Assembly (NCBI GenBank): GCA_001600815.1
Contig: BCKZ01000019.1
Span: forward strand, 249,981 to 313,980
DNA: 64,000 bases
Direction of reading: 5' to 3'
From: Alloascoidea hylecoeti
Taxonomy: Eukaryota
Both the position numbers and the translations under genes were made by a program. Positions 1 to 12,687 of this stretch are shown piece by piece. The stretch's first letter is position 1; each line of letters starts with the position of its first letter. The notes below the pieces were generated by a model. That model was not told the DNA's origin, searched no databases, and saw only the letters and a program-made list of their open reading frames with translations.

Positions 1-75
1 ACTTCAAACTATGATTTACCTTCTGGGTTTGTTGAAGAAATTTTATTAAATGATAAATATGATCTTGTTTTATAA
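1..75 (+). CDS. probable 3' end of a gene entering from the left edge (…TSNYDLPSGFVEEILLNDKYDLVL*)
   Basis: Frame 1 is open to TAA at 73-75 with host-like codon usage, followed by AT-rich terminator-like sequence. Confidence 0.4.
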   Translation, partial: TSNYDLPSGFVEEILLNDKYDLVL

Positions 76-299
76 GTTTTTATAATTAATTGGATAGTAT
101 ATAACTTTACCATATAATTCTAATATATATTCATCGTGCTGTTTCAAGTAATCTCATAGACTGCTATTGTTTGAATATTAATAATAAACGTTTAATGTTT
201 AATAATTTATAGCAATTATTATCAGACGTACCAGCTGACCAAAAAGCCATATGACCCCCAGTTTACTGATCAAGAGCGTATACTTCCAACAATTATACC

Positions 300-710
300 C
301 TAGACCCATTCAATTGAAAACTAAACTGACTAGTCTTAAAGATGATACCAGAGGTTAATATATTACTTTATTTCCTCATGAGATGACAAACTCTGATGCT
401 TTTAAAATTGATGAAAATGGAATCCACTATGTCTCATTGGTAATATTGCTGAACCTTTTCCATCCTTTGTTTTAACTACTTCATTACCACCGAATTGTTT
501 GATCATGTAATCCAGTTCATTTTATGATTCTAAAATTGTTACACCGAATAATATTTGGGGATTGATAATACCAAGTTTTTAAACTCCGACAGCAACAAGA
601 ACAGTTAGCGTTGAATTAATGAGATTTGAAATAGTTGACAGAATTGGAAAATAAATTAGCAGAAGCTTTGACTATACGGTCTAAACTCTTAAAAAAATAT
701 TTGGCCACTT
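300..710 (-). pseudogene. malate dehydrogenase pseudogene fragment
   Basis: Minus strand translates to KLGIINPQILFGVTILES and FGGNEVVKTKDGKGSA, matching the MDH motifs LFGVTTLD and QFGGDEVVKAKDGAGSA; has stops, frameshifts and an internal deletion. Confidence 0.7.
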
Positions 711-1011
711 TTTGAATAGAATATTTAGTATACGTGAATAGATAAAATATTAATTGGGTTTTGCTGATTACAAATTACCGTATTCATTATTTCCGTTTAT
801 ATCTTATAGTTATATTATATATCAGCCAGCTCTGTTAACTGCATTTTTAAGAACCTTTTGATCTTAGCGCTTGCTTTCTAATCTAAGATATGTTAAGTTT
901 ATAACTTATATTAAATAACAACTATCTAATATAAGAATCACGACTGAATCTATAAGGTGTATCGGGTAATGACTATCTTTAATAACCGGATTTTAATTAT
1001 CCCTATCACAA

Positions 1012-2712
1012 TTACACTTTAGCATCATGCTCTTTAATGTATTGTTTGATCTCTTCTGCTTCAGGCGGTTTATCATCCTTTTTACTATTGAAAAGTACAA
1101 TTCCATTTTCTAAAGCACTCTTTTTTTCTTCTCTTTTATAAAACCATAAAAGAACAAAAGCCCAAACAAATTGTGAAAATGCAAAGCAACCAGTAGCTAT
1201 AAATCCTTTTTTATATCTTGGTTGATCCGTTGTGGGGAAAGTTAAAATTGAAATCCATGCTGATGATGATTGCCCTATCATATAAGACAATATCCATATG
1301 ATCGCTCTCTCTTGACCATCATGTCTTAATATATCATTAAACCAGCCGAAAGTTACACTAGCTTGGGACCAGCACATGTATTGTAAACTGAATGCGAACC
1401 ATTTGGCTCTCTCAGGTATATACCAAACAGCTAATAAAATGTTCCCCAACAAATTCCAAAATTGTGAGAATGCAATTGCAGCAAATCTGGATCTAAAGGC
1501 ATCAGCACCAAAACAAATTATAGTAACCCAAAGAATACCTAGAGCTGGTGTTAAAGTAGACATTTCATTCAATTTTGGAATACTATATCTCTGTAAAGAT
1601 TTAAGCCATAGAACATATGCACCACTAGCAGTATTTGAATTATTCCATAAACAAATATTCATTATACTTAGTACATAAATTTTCCATCCAGAAATTACTT
1701 TCCACCATAATTTCTTATCAAAAAATGGAGTTTCATGACCTGCTGGACCAATATTTGCAGCTTTAAGCCTCCTTCTTGCTAATCTAATTTCTTCATCAGT
1801 TAACCATAGAGAATAACATCTATTCGGAGTTCCTGGAATGAGAAAAAATCCTAGTATACCAATTGGAATTGTAATTATTGCATCTAAAATATACATCCAT
1901 CTCCAACCTTCAAGCCCATGAACCCCAGCTAAAGTTTTGGCAGTTGCAGTTGCTAGTAAACCAGCAGTGATGGTACCTAACATCTGTCCCCAATAATTAA
2001 TAGCACCTCTTCTTCCTAATTCAGAAGGTTTATACCAACTTCCAAATAAATAATGAACACATGGATAAAAAGCAGCTTCAAAAACCCCCACAAAGAATCT
2101 TAAAGCCATTAATCCATCCAAATTATGAACTCTATAGATACCAAGAGTACAAAGCCCCCAGCATATATCGAGACAAGGAATAACATAATGAAGAGGAAAT
2201 CGTGGGAAAATATACATAAAAGGAATTTGGAAAATAACAGCACCCACAGTATAAACGGCTTGTGTATTAACAAGATCATTACCTTTCATACCAATATCTT
2301 CTTTCATACCAGAAACATAAGCATTGTTCAAATTAACTTGATCAATGTATTTTAACCAATAAACAACAAAAGCATAAAAAGCCACTAATATATCAAGTTT
2401 AATTAATAATTTCTTTTCATCTTTTGGAGTACCTTTATCATACCATCTCCACCAGTCATGTTTATTTCTTTCAGCTTTATTATAGCGATATTCATATTCA
2501 TCAAAAAATTTCCACCATTTTCGATTTGCCTCGTCTCTATATTCTAAAACCCGAACTGTATGATCATCAACTTTAACCTTTGGGCTTTTTTCAAGCTCAT
2601 CTGTTTCTAGAGATTGTGGGTCACGCGAATCTTCTGAGGATGAAACAACCACTTTTTCTTCCTCTAAATCCTCAACTTCCCGTAAATGCGGAATCCATTT
2701 CCAAACGGCCAT
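1012..2712 (-). CDS. SEO1: MFS allantoate-family permease, Seo1-like
   Basis: 566 aa; EYRDEANRKWWKFFDEYEYR and EKKLLIKLD N-terminal motifs as in Seo1; GLEGWRW motif; about 12 hydrophobic segments. Confidence 0.9.
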   Translation of the reverse strand: MAVWKWIPHLREVEDLEEEKVVVSSSEDSRDPQSLETDELEKSPKVKVDDHTVRVLEYRDEANRKWWKFFDEYEYRYNKAERNKHDWWRWYDKGTPKDEKKLLIKLDILVAFYAFVVYWLKYIDQVNLNNAYVSGMKEDIGMKGNDLVNTQAVYTVGAVIFQIPFMYIFPRFPLHYVIPCLDICWGLCTLGIYRVHNLDGLMALRFFVGVFEAAFYPCVHYLFGSWYKPSELGRRGAINYWGQMLGTITAGLLATATAKTLAGVHGLEGWRWMYILDAIITIPIGILGFFLIPGTPNRCYSLWLTDEEIRLARRRLKAANIGPAGHETPFFDKKLWWKVISGWKIYVLSIMNICLWNNSNTASGAYVLWLKSLQRYSIPKLNEMSTLTPALGILWVTIICFGADAFRSRFAAIAFSQFWNLLGNILLAVWYIPERAKWFAFSLQYMCWSQASVTFGWFNDILRHDGQERAIIWILSYMIGQSSSAWISILTFPTTDQPRYKKGFIATGCFAFSQFVWAFVLLWFYKREEKKSALENGIVLFNSKKDDKPPEAEEIKQYIKEHDAKV

Positions 2713-3543
2713 TACAAAAATGAATTGCTAGTACTGTTTTATAAACTTAAACTATTTTGTACTGGGTACCCGACACAAATGTTTTTCATATAAAACTATT
2801 TCTCAATTATGAACAATGGCCAGCCACTTTGCTATATATACTACTACATGTTTAGTTACTCAGGTTTAATACATAACTTACTCTTATTCTTACAGGTATT
2901 TATTACGCCATATTCAGGTGACATTGCGAATTTTGTCGTAACTGTCGTAAGACTAAGGAAATATGCAATATAAGTATGAATATGAACAAACCAAAAGTCA
3001 GCCTCTCTCAGTTAAATATAGGGAATTTTAATCGCTTCTAAGCTCTTCAACTAACTGGATTGAGCAATGATTCTTTAAACTTAGGAACACAAAGCTTCTG
3101 TCACACTAAAGTCAGGTGGAAGAGTCGATCAGACAAGTTTAGTCGACCAAAATATTACTTTTTTCTTTAAATTTACCAGTATATAATTAAAGGAGGCTTC
3201 TGAATTGTTACGCCAAAATAGGTATATACCTTAAATGCGGAATACTGGGCGGCTCATAATAGCAGGTGCTAAATATATAATGTTTCAGCATTGCAGATTT
3301 GTATATGGTCCCACGGTTGATTTAGTTTTGGAAATTAAGCTAAAAATCATATTTTTATATGGAATATGATCATTGAAATTAATATTAAGAAAACATGTAG
3401 CTATAGACAATTAACATTAAATCTAGAAGTTCAAATTACATTAAAATTTAAACCCTTACATAAAATATATATTTAACTGTTATTTTTATTTTATTTTATT
3501 TTATAAGCATTCAATGGCATTGTAATAGTTCACCAGCTATTTT

Positions 3544-3594
3544 ATGCTGTTATATTTGAAATGCTGTTATATTTGAAATGCTGTTATATTTGAA
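3544..3594. repeat. 17-bp tandem repeat x3 (atgctgttatatttgaa)
   Basis: Three exact copies read directly. Confidence 0.9.
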
Positions 3595-4464
3595 ATGTTG
3601 GTAGTCATTTAGAATAAATAGGACGACGGTATAAAGGACAGAATCAATAACAGAAGGGATATATGCATTGGTGCAGATTTATAGTGACAGCCGTGCGACA
3701 TAAAAAGTTTTATATATGGTTCATAAGAAACACACGTACAAAAACTAAAATATTTTTCAAATTTTGATAAAAATTATTTATAAAATTATTGTTTATATAA
3801 AATATATCACAATTGGTGAAAACCGCAAAACACAGGAGTCGGTAGTTCTCTTCATAGATCTTAGAAGTCTTTGGCGTCGTTAGGCAGGTGGATTACGTCG
3901 TAAAGATGAAGGCTGTTCGCCGCATAATTCACCATTTCCATGATTTCATCATCGTTACAAAGAGGTAAAATCTTTAAAATCTCTCTCATAACTGAACTTG
4001 CTCTTGATGATGGCTCCTTCAAGTTTTCTGGTGGATTGAAAACTTTGCGTGGCTCCGGCACAAAACTCATATATATGAATCAGACTATCCTTCACAATAT
4101 TCTCCCACCAGATCGGTTAATCACTTAATATTCCTTATGTGGGGCCTTCATATGGAATAAAATTATTGGCAGTTTTGTAGCCATACCATAATCAACAAGT
4201 TATTCTAATGCGACAATGAATTCCTGAACAAGAACTGATATTTGAAAAGTGACAGATTGGTTGAAATTAGTTTATTACTTTTATGGTCGAGTATTCTTTT
4301 TTTTATAACCAAGCTTGCATTTCTAGCAAGAGGAAATTTTATTAACGGACGAAGTCTTACTAATAGTGCGGTGATTCTTCCTTCTAGTTAAATTCAGGTC
4401 CCCAGGCACTGGCTACTGGAACTCTCCAGATGTTTTCGTAGTAAACATATGCCAGTATAAGGAA

Positions 4465-4797
4465 TTTTTTTTTTTAACTTTACATATAATTTCCAATTAA
4501 AATATCTAAATAATTTAAATCTTCTAACTAAAAACTATTAAGTTAAGGAAATTAATCCAAGAGTATAAAACCTCTGCTTCTTCTTTATTTTTATTTTTAT
4601 TTTTATTTTATTTTATTTTATTTTATTTTATTTTTTATCTCAAATATTTGGACAATCTTTCACATTTTTGCTGACATGTAGAATATATTTCACATAACCT
4701 AAGCTAAAAAGATGGACACATTATGCTTCTTCTGGATCTCTTTTGTAAGCTTTTTTTATTTGGTTCCACTGTTTCCAATTATCATCAGGGAAATTTA
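4465..4797 (-). mobile_element. 5'-truncated LINE fragment (family B) upstream of tRNA-Val
   Basis: Minus strand encodes NWKQWNQIKKAYKRDPEEA*CVHLFSLGYVKYILHV, homologous to about 42300-42420; ends ATGTAAAGTT+poly(A) like 42910-42928. Confidence 0.8.
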
Positions 4798-4850
4798 GGG
4801 TTTAACGTCTACGTATTATAATGTTAGAGAATTTTAAACTCAAAGTCACA

Positions 4851-4923
4851 GGTCTAGTGGTGTAACGGTTATCACGTCTCGTTTACACCGAGGAGGCTCC
4901 GAGTTCGATTCTCGGCTGGATCA
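4851..4923 (+). tRNA. tRNA-Val(UAC)
   Basis: Cloverleaf with anticodon arm TCTCG-TT TAC AC-CGAGG, T-loop GTTCGATT and downstream T runs. Confidence 0.95.
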
Positions 4924-5013
4924 CAATTGAAAGATAACAAGGTTCTTTATTCAAAACATTTTTTTCGATCATATTTTTTCATTAGCCCCTTCATTTCTTT
5001 TCATATTTATATA

Positions 5014-5481
5014 TGAAATTACAAAGAAAATATGGTTCTATAACCAAAAAGTGATAGAACTAAAAGAAAAGGAAATTGAAGTGAAATCTTTTCTTGATTT
5101 TAATCATAAGGAAAGAAAATATTTAAGAGCGGTAACCGTTTTTTTGGTTAGAAAATATCACCGAAGATATTATCAACAGGAGACTAGTTTATCAGTATCA
5201 CAATGGTGTAAAATGATTGAAAGGGACTCCACAAAGCTTTGTTCTAAATCACTTAGGTGCTATGGACAAAAAAAGAAAAGGAGGAAAGATGTATAAATAT
5301 TACATCCTTTATTCGTATTGATTGAGTAATAAGTTGGAAATGGTGGCAATAATACTATAAAATGTAACATTACTCAAAAAAGAGTGAACCTATAACATTA
5401 GTAATAGGTATTTTTGCCTAGTAATAGGTCTTTTTATTTTCACAATTTTTTGGTTGTTATAAAGCAGTTTAAAAAAAAAAA
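5014..5481 (+). mobile_element. LINE 3' end (family A) downstream of tRNA-Val
   Basis: Close match to the reverse complement of about 38835-39302 (ORF2 C-terminus plus 3'UTR); ends in an A tract at 5471-5481. Confidence 0.9.
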
Positions 5482-5489
5482 CTCTTCAC

Positions 5490-5830
5490 TCTCCGGGAGT
5501 GAATCAATCTACCTGGTAAATTATACAAATGTATCCTATGCTTACAAAACAGTTCTGAAACAGAATATGTTTAACAGTTGCTTACTGAAAACTATTAATA
5601 TTTAACTCACTTATTGGAAAAGATCTATGTTTGAATGATTTGATTTGTTCACCCTTAGAAGATTCTCAGTTTATAAAACACATAAGACTTAGTGTGATAG
5701 TAATATGGCAAATACGGGTCCTTAGACGCTCTAGTTCTATTGATTTAACATTGGAGTCCTCATCAATTATCAAATTGGCGAATATGGAAAAAAGAAAATT
5801 AATTCAAAAATTCAAATAAAGTAGATGATC
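5490..5830 (+). mobile_element. degenerate LINE ORF2 C-terminal fragment (family C)
   Basis: Encodes KCILCLQNSSETE (CCHC-finger start) and later VIWQIRV; resembles the KCILCLQP fragments at 37475-37860. Confidence 0.65.
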
Positions 5831-6583
5831 ACGTTAGATATGATCTCAGACTTGGTTTTACCGTACAGGTATTTAAACCGTTATTATATAAATATTTAAT
5901 AATTCTTTTTATCCTCTTATAGATTAGCTAGTATAATTTATACCGCTAATAAAACGACTAGGTAAAAAAAAAATCAGTTAAGAAGTGCGCGGGTTTGCTC
6001 TTATTCGATCTTTCTTTAGAATTGCAGCTTGACATTGATAGACAAGCTATTTCTACCATATCATCAAGCATCTCCGATTCAGAGGTATTGCGATTGGCAA
6101 CCACAGGTAACATCAGTTGAAATAAATGAAATATAAGGGTTTTAAAAAAAATTCAATAATAGTAGTTTACCAATGAAAAAAGGACCGTCAAGGAGAAAGG
6201 AAAAAGAAGAACTTTTGAATTTTTTAAAGAAATTTCAACTATTTTTGTCTATGCATATAGCATGTACGTAATATAAGTGTAAAAATATACAATATAGTTA
6301 TAGAGTAACTAATTGATAATAAGTATAATTAGCTATAAATTTTTAGTAAACAGCTTATATATATAGGCACTGATGATTAATCGGTAATAAACCAATTATA
6401 TAAGCACTAAAGTGTCATATTGTCATATATCAATAAAACAACAATAAATGATGAAAGATTTTAATTGAATCAGAAACTTTGTAATTGCAATTGGTGTTTT
6501 ATGTCACGTGTAGACGTAGGAGTCGATACACATCACACTCTGTGAAGAGAATACCAACCTGAGATTTTTCACGATTAATAAAA

Positions 6584-7570
6584 ATGTTTCGATTAGCAGT
6601 TCTCAAACGTCAATGTCTCTCGAAACCATGCCATTTAGCTTTAAAACCAACTGCTTATAGCTTATCTAGGAATTTTACTACTTCATATATCATACAAAAT
6701 AAGGAGATTAAAAAGGATGATTCCAAAATCCCTGATTCAACATCAAAATCATCAACACCATCCAATTCCGAAGAAGTAAACACTTCTGGATTTGATTTCA
6801 ATAAACCAAGAAAACCTCTTTCACGTGTTGCAATTGGAACAAAGATTGAAAAAGATACTGTAATTGAAAGAAGAGATCCATTAAGTGAAATGTTAAGTTG
6901 GAAAGCTGGTGTACTTTTCTTACTTGTTGGTTTTGGTTTAACATTATATTTCAATAAAGAAAAGAAACGATTAGCACTTGCAAAGGAAGAAGAAGAAAAT
7001 AGGGGATATGGTAAAGTTCTAGTCGGTGGTCCATTTAAATTAATAGATCATGATGGTAATGAATTTACAGAAAAGAAATTATTAGGTAAATTCTCATTAC
7101 TTTATTTTGGTTTCACCAGATGTCCTGATATTTGTCCTGATGAACTTGATAAAATGACAATTATCATTGATAATTTGAAAAAAGCAGGTATTGAGAATTT
7201 TCAACCAATTTTTGTAACTTGTGATCCTGCAAGAGATCCACCACAAGCTGTAAAAGATTATCTTTCTGAATTTCATCCTGATATTATTGGCTTAACAGGA
7301 ACTTATGAAGGTATTAAACACATGTGTAAGAAATATCGTGTCTATTTCTCGACTCCAAAGGATATTAAACCAGGTCAAGATTATTTAGTTGATCATTCTA
7401 TTTTCTTTTACTTAATGGATCCTGATGGAGAATTCATCGATGTTTTAGGAAGACAATACGAAGCTGATACAGCTACTGAAAAGATCAAGGAACATATTCA
7501 AAATTTTGTTCCTAAAGAAGAACGTGAGAAAAAGAAAAATAAGACTGGAATTTTTGGATTTTTTGGTTAA
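6584..7570 (+). CDS. SCO1: cytochrome c oxidase copper chaperone Sco1/2
   Basis: YFGFTRCPDICPDEL (CxxxC), DYLVDHSIFFYLMDP, single TM segment and mitochondrial presequence-like N-terminus. Confidence 0.95.
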   Translation: MFRLAVLKRQCLSKPCHLALKPTAYSLSRNFTTSYIIQNKEIKKDDSKIPDSTSKSSTPSNSEEVNTSGFDFNKPRKPLSRVAIGTKIEKDTVIERRDPLSEMLSWKAGVLFLLVGFGLTLYFNKEKKRLALAKEEEENRGYGKVLVGGPFKLIDHDGNEFTEKKLLGKFSLLYFGFTRCPDICPDELDKMTIIIDNLKKAGIENFQPIFVTCDPARDPPQAVKDYLSEFHPDIIGLTGTYEGIKHMCKKYRVYFSTPKDIKPGQDYLVDHSIFFYLMDPDGEFIDVLGRQYEADTATEKIKEHIQNFVPKEEREKKKNKTGIFGFFG

Positions 7571-8946
7571 TGGATGCTTCCAATAGCTTTAAAGATTTCA
7601 ATTCGTTTATATAGCAATAAATTCAAATACAACACTGTATATAATTTGATTATGATTAGTTTACAAATACAAATAAAGAACCCCATAGTTTAATGATTCC
7701 TTTTTTAAATTTTGTCTCTTGTTTCTGCCACACTACTTGTAAGTTATATGAATGAATTTGTTTTTCTATTAAAAGTTTAGAGGTATTAAACTATTTTGTT
7801 GCTCGGATTGTAAGACAACAAATGATTCACCTGTTAATGTTAAACTTCGTGTCAAATAATAGAGAAGGTAGAATGTTTATTAGGCTTGAAATGCTTTCGG
7901 CTGTCAGATAAGTTTTACCAAACATGGTGCCTTTATTAAAAGGGCGGCCAATATAGCGAAGGCCAAGAGTAAGTAATTATACAATTTGTCCTTCAATCAT
8001 CAAGATCCAGTGAGGGTATGCAAATTATAGAAAAGACCTATTGCACAACCAAGGCAATTTTTCCAGTTAGTTATAATATAAATTACTCTAATGATGAAAT
8101 ACTAATCAACTCAATCAACTAGAAAGGAACGAAAAAAAAAAAAAAGAAGGATTATCATACATGGTTCAACGTATTAATAGGATACAGGTGAAACTATTGA
8201 TTTTACTTAGATCTGAGTTTTTACTGATCATTGATTATTATTCTGAATACTAACTTATAAAGATGTTTATAACTACATTATAGGCCAATATAATGCTTAT
8301 CTATGTTCTTATCTTAAGATTTTCAAGAAGGGATGTCTAATTACTTCTATTTGAGATACTTAACTTATTAGTTTAGTAAGATGGAAATAAAATCTTTTTA
8401 TAATTAGGGTTACAAATTATATCACTATAATTATTCGTTCTATTCTTACAAAATCACTATAATCTTATAATGAGAATTGTTTTAAGTTTAAAGTCACATT
8501 TATAACTTATAGGATATAATAGAACAACACATTTCTGCACTCTTTGAGTTTAAACCTCATAGCCAGGAGAAAGGGTGACTGGAACTGCCAAACCAACAGC
8601 TGGAAAGCCAGTGATCTTCGGTGAGATCGTAGGAGTCTAACAGGAATATTGCAAAAAATTCTGAAGGAGAATACGCGATATTCGGCTGACAAAGTGATTT
8701 CAGGGAAACTAGTGTATGGAAACAAAAGAAGAGATTGTTAAAATTAAAAGAGGGATTACAGATTTAGATTTGTAAATCACAGATGACCAGTTTACATAAT
8801 GAAAGCTATCTTTTTCCTTTTCTTCTGATCATAATTTTAACGACCAAAGAATATCATATCAGTTAGTTATTATAAGCAATAGTAATAATATATTTTTTTC
8901 TTTTTAAACTAAATTAATTAACTAGATATAGATAACAATAATAAAT

Positions 8947-11673
8947 TCATGAAATTCCATCACTAACAGCTTTAGCTAATGATTCATTTTCAGCTCTTGC
9001 TTGAATTTTAACAGTAACACCATTTTTTGAACTATAAGCCATTTTAACAATAGCAGCAACTTTTTCACCATTAATTGATTTACCAAATAATTTAAGTGTA
9101 TGAGAAGCATTTGAAGTAGCTTCATCTGTACCTTCAACAGGAGTCATTGATAATAATTCAGTAATTCTAGAAATTGCTTCTTTTAAACTTGTAATTTCAG
9201 ATAAATTATACATTGCAACTTCACCCCCACTTAATTCATCAAAAGCATGGGTAAAATTACCAATATAAGATGGAGTAATAAAGTCACCAGCAGTTATATC
9301 AAGATCTTCAATTGGATATTCATCACTAAATCCTTCATCTGCTGGTTCACCAGTACTTGGATCAATTTCTTTTGTTGTAAAATTTATAACATTAGTGAAA
9401 GTACCAATTGAATAATCAGAAGATGACCTTTCAAAACTAACATAAACAATACCTTCTGAATTTGGATCAAGTCTTTCAATTGGTAAAATAAAACTTTCAA
9501 TATAATCATCATTATCAGGTTCAGCAAGTACTGAAACATCTTCTAAAATAGTATCAGTTAAAGTATTGCTAATATTAAATTGTAAAACTAAATGTTTTGA
9601 AAATAAATGTTTAACACAAGTAACATAAAATTCACTTTCTTTTTCAGTTAATTCATTTATTATTGAACTATTTAATAATTTTCCATAATTTGAAAAATTA
9701 TCAATTGATGTTAATTCATTAATATATTTTTGTGATTCTAAATCTCTTTTAATTGTTTTATCAGCAGAAGTTTCTTTCTTTTCAGTTTTAATAATTGGTG
9801 TAACAATTGTATTTGAAGTTTTTAATTTTAAACTTTCTTGTTTTGCTTGTTCATTTGAAATAATTGGTATATCTGAAATATCAAATTGAATAACAAATCC
9901 TGAACTATTACCTAAATAATTTGCAAGTTTATATTCTAAAACAGGTAAAGAATATTTTCCTTCAGGTAAAATAATATTTTTTGCATTTTCTTTTGAATTA
10001 TTATTTTCATCCAATAAATCTAAACATAATGCAGCTCTATCACGTACTTCATCATCAACATCATCTAAACTTCTTCTTAATAAAACTTTAATACTTTTAA
10101 CAATATCTTTATCATCAACAAGAGCAAATTTAGATAATGCAACAACAGCAGCAGCTCTAACAGTCGAATTTTCCAAAACAACTCGATTATAAATATAACG
10201 AATATACATATTTGGATTATGAGTATTTGGACCTTCTTGACCTAATAAATAAAGAATTCGAACGGCTAATTCAACATATTCACAATCTTCAATAAATTCA
10301 CATAAATGAGCTAAAGTTGTATCTCTTGATTCTGGAACAAATTTAATTAAATCAAATAATGATTCAACAACTGCATTTTTGAAATTATAACCACCCTCAT
10401 CTCTTAAAGAATCTGAAAAAAATCGAATCATACTTGAATGTTTTGATGGGAATTTTAAAGCTAATGATCTAATTGCATCAACAACAATAATTTTGAATTC
10501 ATCAGTAATTTCATCCATAAAACCAGAAATTTGTTTCATTAATCTATCAACACTATTTTCATTACCAGTTTTTAATAAAGTGGTAATTGCATAGGTTGCA
10601 ATTGATCTATTATTATCACTAATTAATGATTCTAATTCAATATTACAAACACTAACAATTTTTGAATGAGTTAATGAAAATTTATTTAAAATTCGAATTG
10701 CTGAAAATCTTGCAACAGTTCTTGGTGATGATAAAAATAATTGTAAAACATTAACAGCTGATGCAGCTTGTTTATCATTAACATTTTTAATTTCTAAAAT
10801 TGTTTTAGCAGCTTCTAAATCAACTGAATCTGCCTTATGTTTTAACCAACCCTCTAAAAATGGATATAAAGAATTTGAAAGACTTGGATCATCATCAAGA
10901 ATTTTAGCAATGAAACGAATCAACATAACGATTGCATTTGGACTACGTAGAGCATTTGCATTTGAAAATTGTTGAATAAATCTTAATAAAGCCATCTTAT
11001 CATGACTTCTTAAAGTATATAATAAACCAATTGCATGATATTGAGTCATTGGTTGAGAATTTTGCATATAACCATAACCATAAGAAGCTGGATAAGTTTT
11101 TTGAGCAAGTACAGCTTCTTGAGCTTCATTTGACCATCTTTTAACAACATCTTTTGCAACAGGAGAAAGATGATAGGAAGAAATCAAAGCTGCACTACTA
11201 ACAGCAGGAATTGAATCAACAATCGAATTTTTAATTAATCTTTCAATTGTTGGGATTGTTGAAGGATCAATTACTCTAATTAAACTCCTAATGGCATCAG
11301 GTTTATAAATAACATCACTTTTAACTTGGACATCTTTCATAATTGAACTTGTAACAATGAAAACATTAATGCCAACAGAACTTGCCAATTCTTTAATTAT
11401 TAATAGAACAATTTGTCGAAGACGTGGATCTTTATGTTGAAACAATTTAGAAATACCAAAAAATAAATTAGTTGCTTCGTTTTCAGGGAAAGTTTCACCA
11501 GTATAAAGTAAATTAAGTAATTTTGCTATTAATTGACGACTTTTTCTTGGTTGTATTGGAGTAATATTAAATACTTTTATACATTCTTGATAAACAGCCA
11601 TTTTATCTGGAGGACTTCCAGATTCTAAATCATCATTTTTCTTATAAGTTGAAGTAGACATTGTGATTTTCAT
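8947..11673 (-). CDS. SEC21: coatomer gamma subunit (start may be the ATG at 11661)
   Basis: 908 aa; LCEFIEDCEY, YIRYIYNRVVLEN and DDEVRDRA gamma-COP motifs. Confidence 0.95.
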   Translation of the reverse strand: MKITMSTSTYKKNDDLESGSPPDKMAVYQECIKVFNITPIQPRKSRQLIAKLLNLLYTGETFPENEATNLFFGISKLFQHKDPRLRQIVLLIIKELASSVGINVFIVTSSIMKDVQVKSDVIYKPDAIRSLIRVIDPSTIPTIERLIKNSIVDSIPAVSSAALISSYHLSPVAKDVVKRWSNEAQEAVLAQKTYPASYGYGYMQNSQPMTQYHAIGLLYTLRSHDKMALLRFIQQFSNANALRSPNAIVMLIRFIAKILDDDPSLSNSLYPFLEGWLKHKADSVDLEAAKTILEIKNVNDKQAASAVNVLQLFLSSPRTVARFSAIRILNKFSLTHSKIVSVCNIELESLISDNNRSIATYAITTLLKTGNENSVDRLMKQISGFMDEITDEFKIIVVDAIRSLALKFPSKHSSMIRFFSDSLRDEGGYNFKNAVVESLFDLIKFVPESRDTTLAHLCEFIEDCEYVELAVRILYLLGQEGPNTHNPNMYIRYIYNRVVLENSTVRAAAVVALSKFALVDDKDIVKSIKVLLRRSLDDVDDEVRDRAALCLDLLDENNNSKENAKNIILPEGKYSLPVLEYKLANYLGNSSGFVIQFDISDIPIISNEQAKQESLKLKTSNTIVTPIIKTEKKETSADKTIKRDLESQKYINELTSIDNFSNYGKLLNSSIINELTEKESEFYVTCVKHLFSKHLVLQFNISNTLTDTILEDVSVLAEPDNDDYIESFILPIERLDPNSEGIVYVSFERSSSDYSIGTFTNVINFTTKEIDPSTGEPADEGFSDEYPIEDLDITAGDFITPSYIGNFTHAFDELSGGEVAMYNLSEITSLKEAISRITELLSMTPVEGTDEATSNASHTLKLFGKSINGEKVAAIVKMAYSSKNGVTVKIQARAENESLAKAVSDGIS

Positions 11674-12159
11674 CTAATTATTTGTATTGTGTTGGTTTTT
11701 ATCAATAATTAGAGATATACAAATTAGTCCACGTGTCAGATAAACAATTTGAATCAGATCAGTTGTTTATATAAAATAAGAGCACACACTACCGAAAAAA
11801 AGACTTTCCAAGTACCAATTTAAACAAATAAAAGTGCGTAGCTGCTTAAAAGATCTGGTAAATACTGACAAATACTGCTTTGTTGGCAGTTTGGGAGGTT
11901 TAGAATCTAAACGAAGAGGCCGGGTAACTACGGTGCCTGGAGGTCATGTGATCACAAATGACCACTGTCAATTCATCAAACGTTATCATAGTTCATGATA
12001 CATGAACTGACGAATATTAATTTTGATCTCATACAATGACAATTAATATATTTATATAAGACATTATATCCGCTGTTTTTTTTTTACTTTTACTTGTATA
12101 TATATAAACTAATCAATTTATTTTAATTACTGTTTTATACAAATTTAAAATTTACTAAA

Positions 12160-12687
12160 ATGAACTCTACAACTGAACCAACTAGTACTCAACAAATTCA
12201 AACTCCAGAGAAAGTGGGAACAAATGTTAGTGATGGCTCGCCTTGTGAGGAAATCACAGATCGTCGTCATCACAAACGAAGTTTGGTACAATTACAATAT
12301 CATATCGATAATATATCTACCAATGGCAGTAAATACCCAGAAACCGTAGGTAATACTCTCAATGATTATATCCTTAGTAAAAGTAATGTTCAAAGTGAAT
12401 ATTGTTATCCACCAGCAACTACGGTCAGTCAAGACAAATATTCGTTTGGTGGACAATTGCAAGGTGATAAAAGTGCATTTAACAATAATATTGGGATCGG
12501 TGTTGGATCTAAACCTCGAGATGATTATCAATCATCAGCTGGAAATAACTATACAACCGCCACTATCAATAATGGTAATGATAGTTATAATCCATATAAG
12601 GGAAGAGATATTAATAAAAATGATAACTCAAACCGCATTGAAAATTCAAGACAAAAATATGTTAACGAAGATTCTCGAAGATATTAA
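12160..12687 (+). CDS. hypothetical Asn-rich hydrophilic protein, 175 aa
   Basis: ATG in AAAATG context, TATA-like elements upstream, host codon usage; no family recognised. Confidence 0.65.
   Translation: MNSTTEPTSTQQIQTPEKVGTNVSDGSPCEEITDRRHHKRSLVQLQYHIDNISTNGSKYPETVGNTLNDYILSKSNVQSEYCYPPATTVSQDKYSFGGQLQGDKSAFNNNIGIGVGSKPRDDYQSSAGNNYTTATINNGNDSYNPYKGRDINKNDNSNRIENSRQKYVNEDSRRY

Noticed and set aside
3861..4240. 69-aa minus-strand ORF and coding-like upstream sequence
   Set aside because: No recognisable motif; could be a relic but cannot be supported
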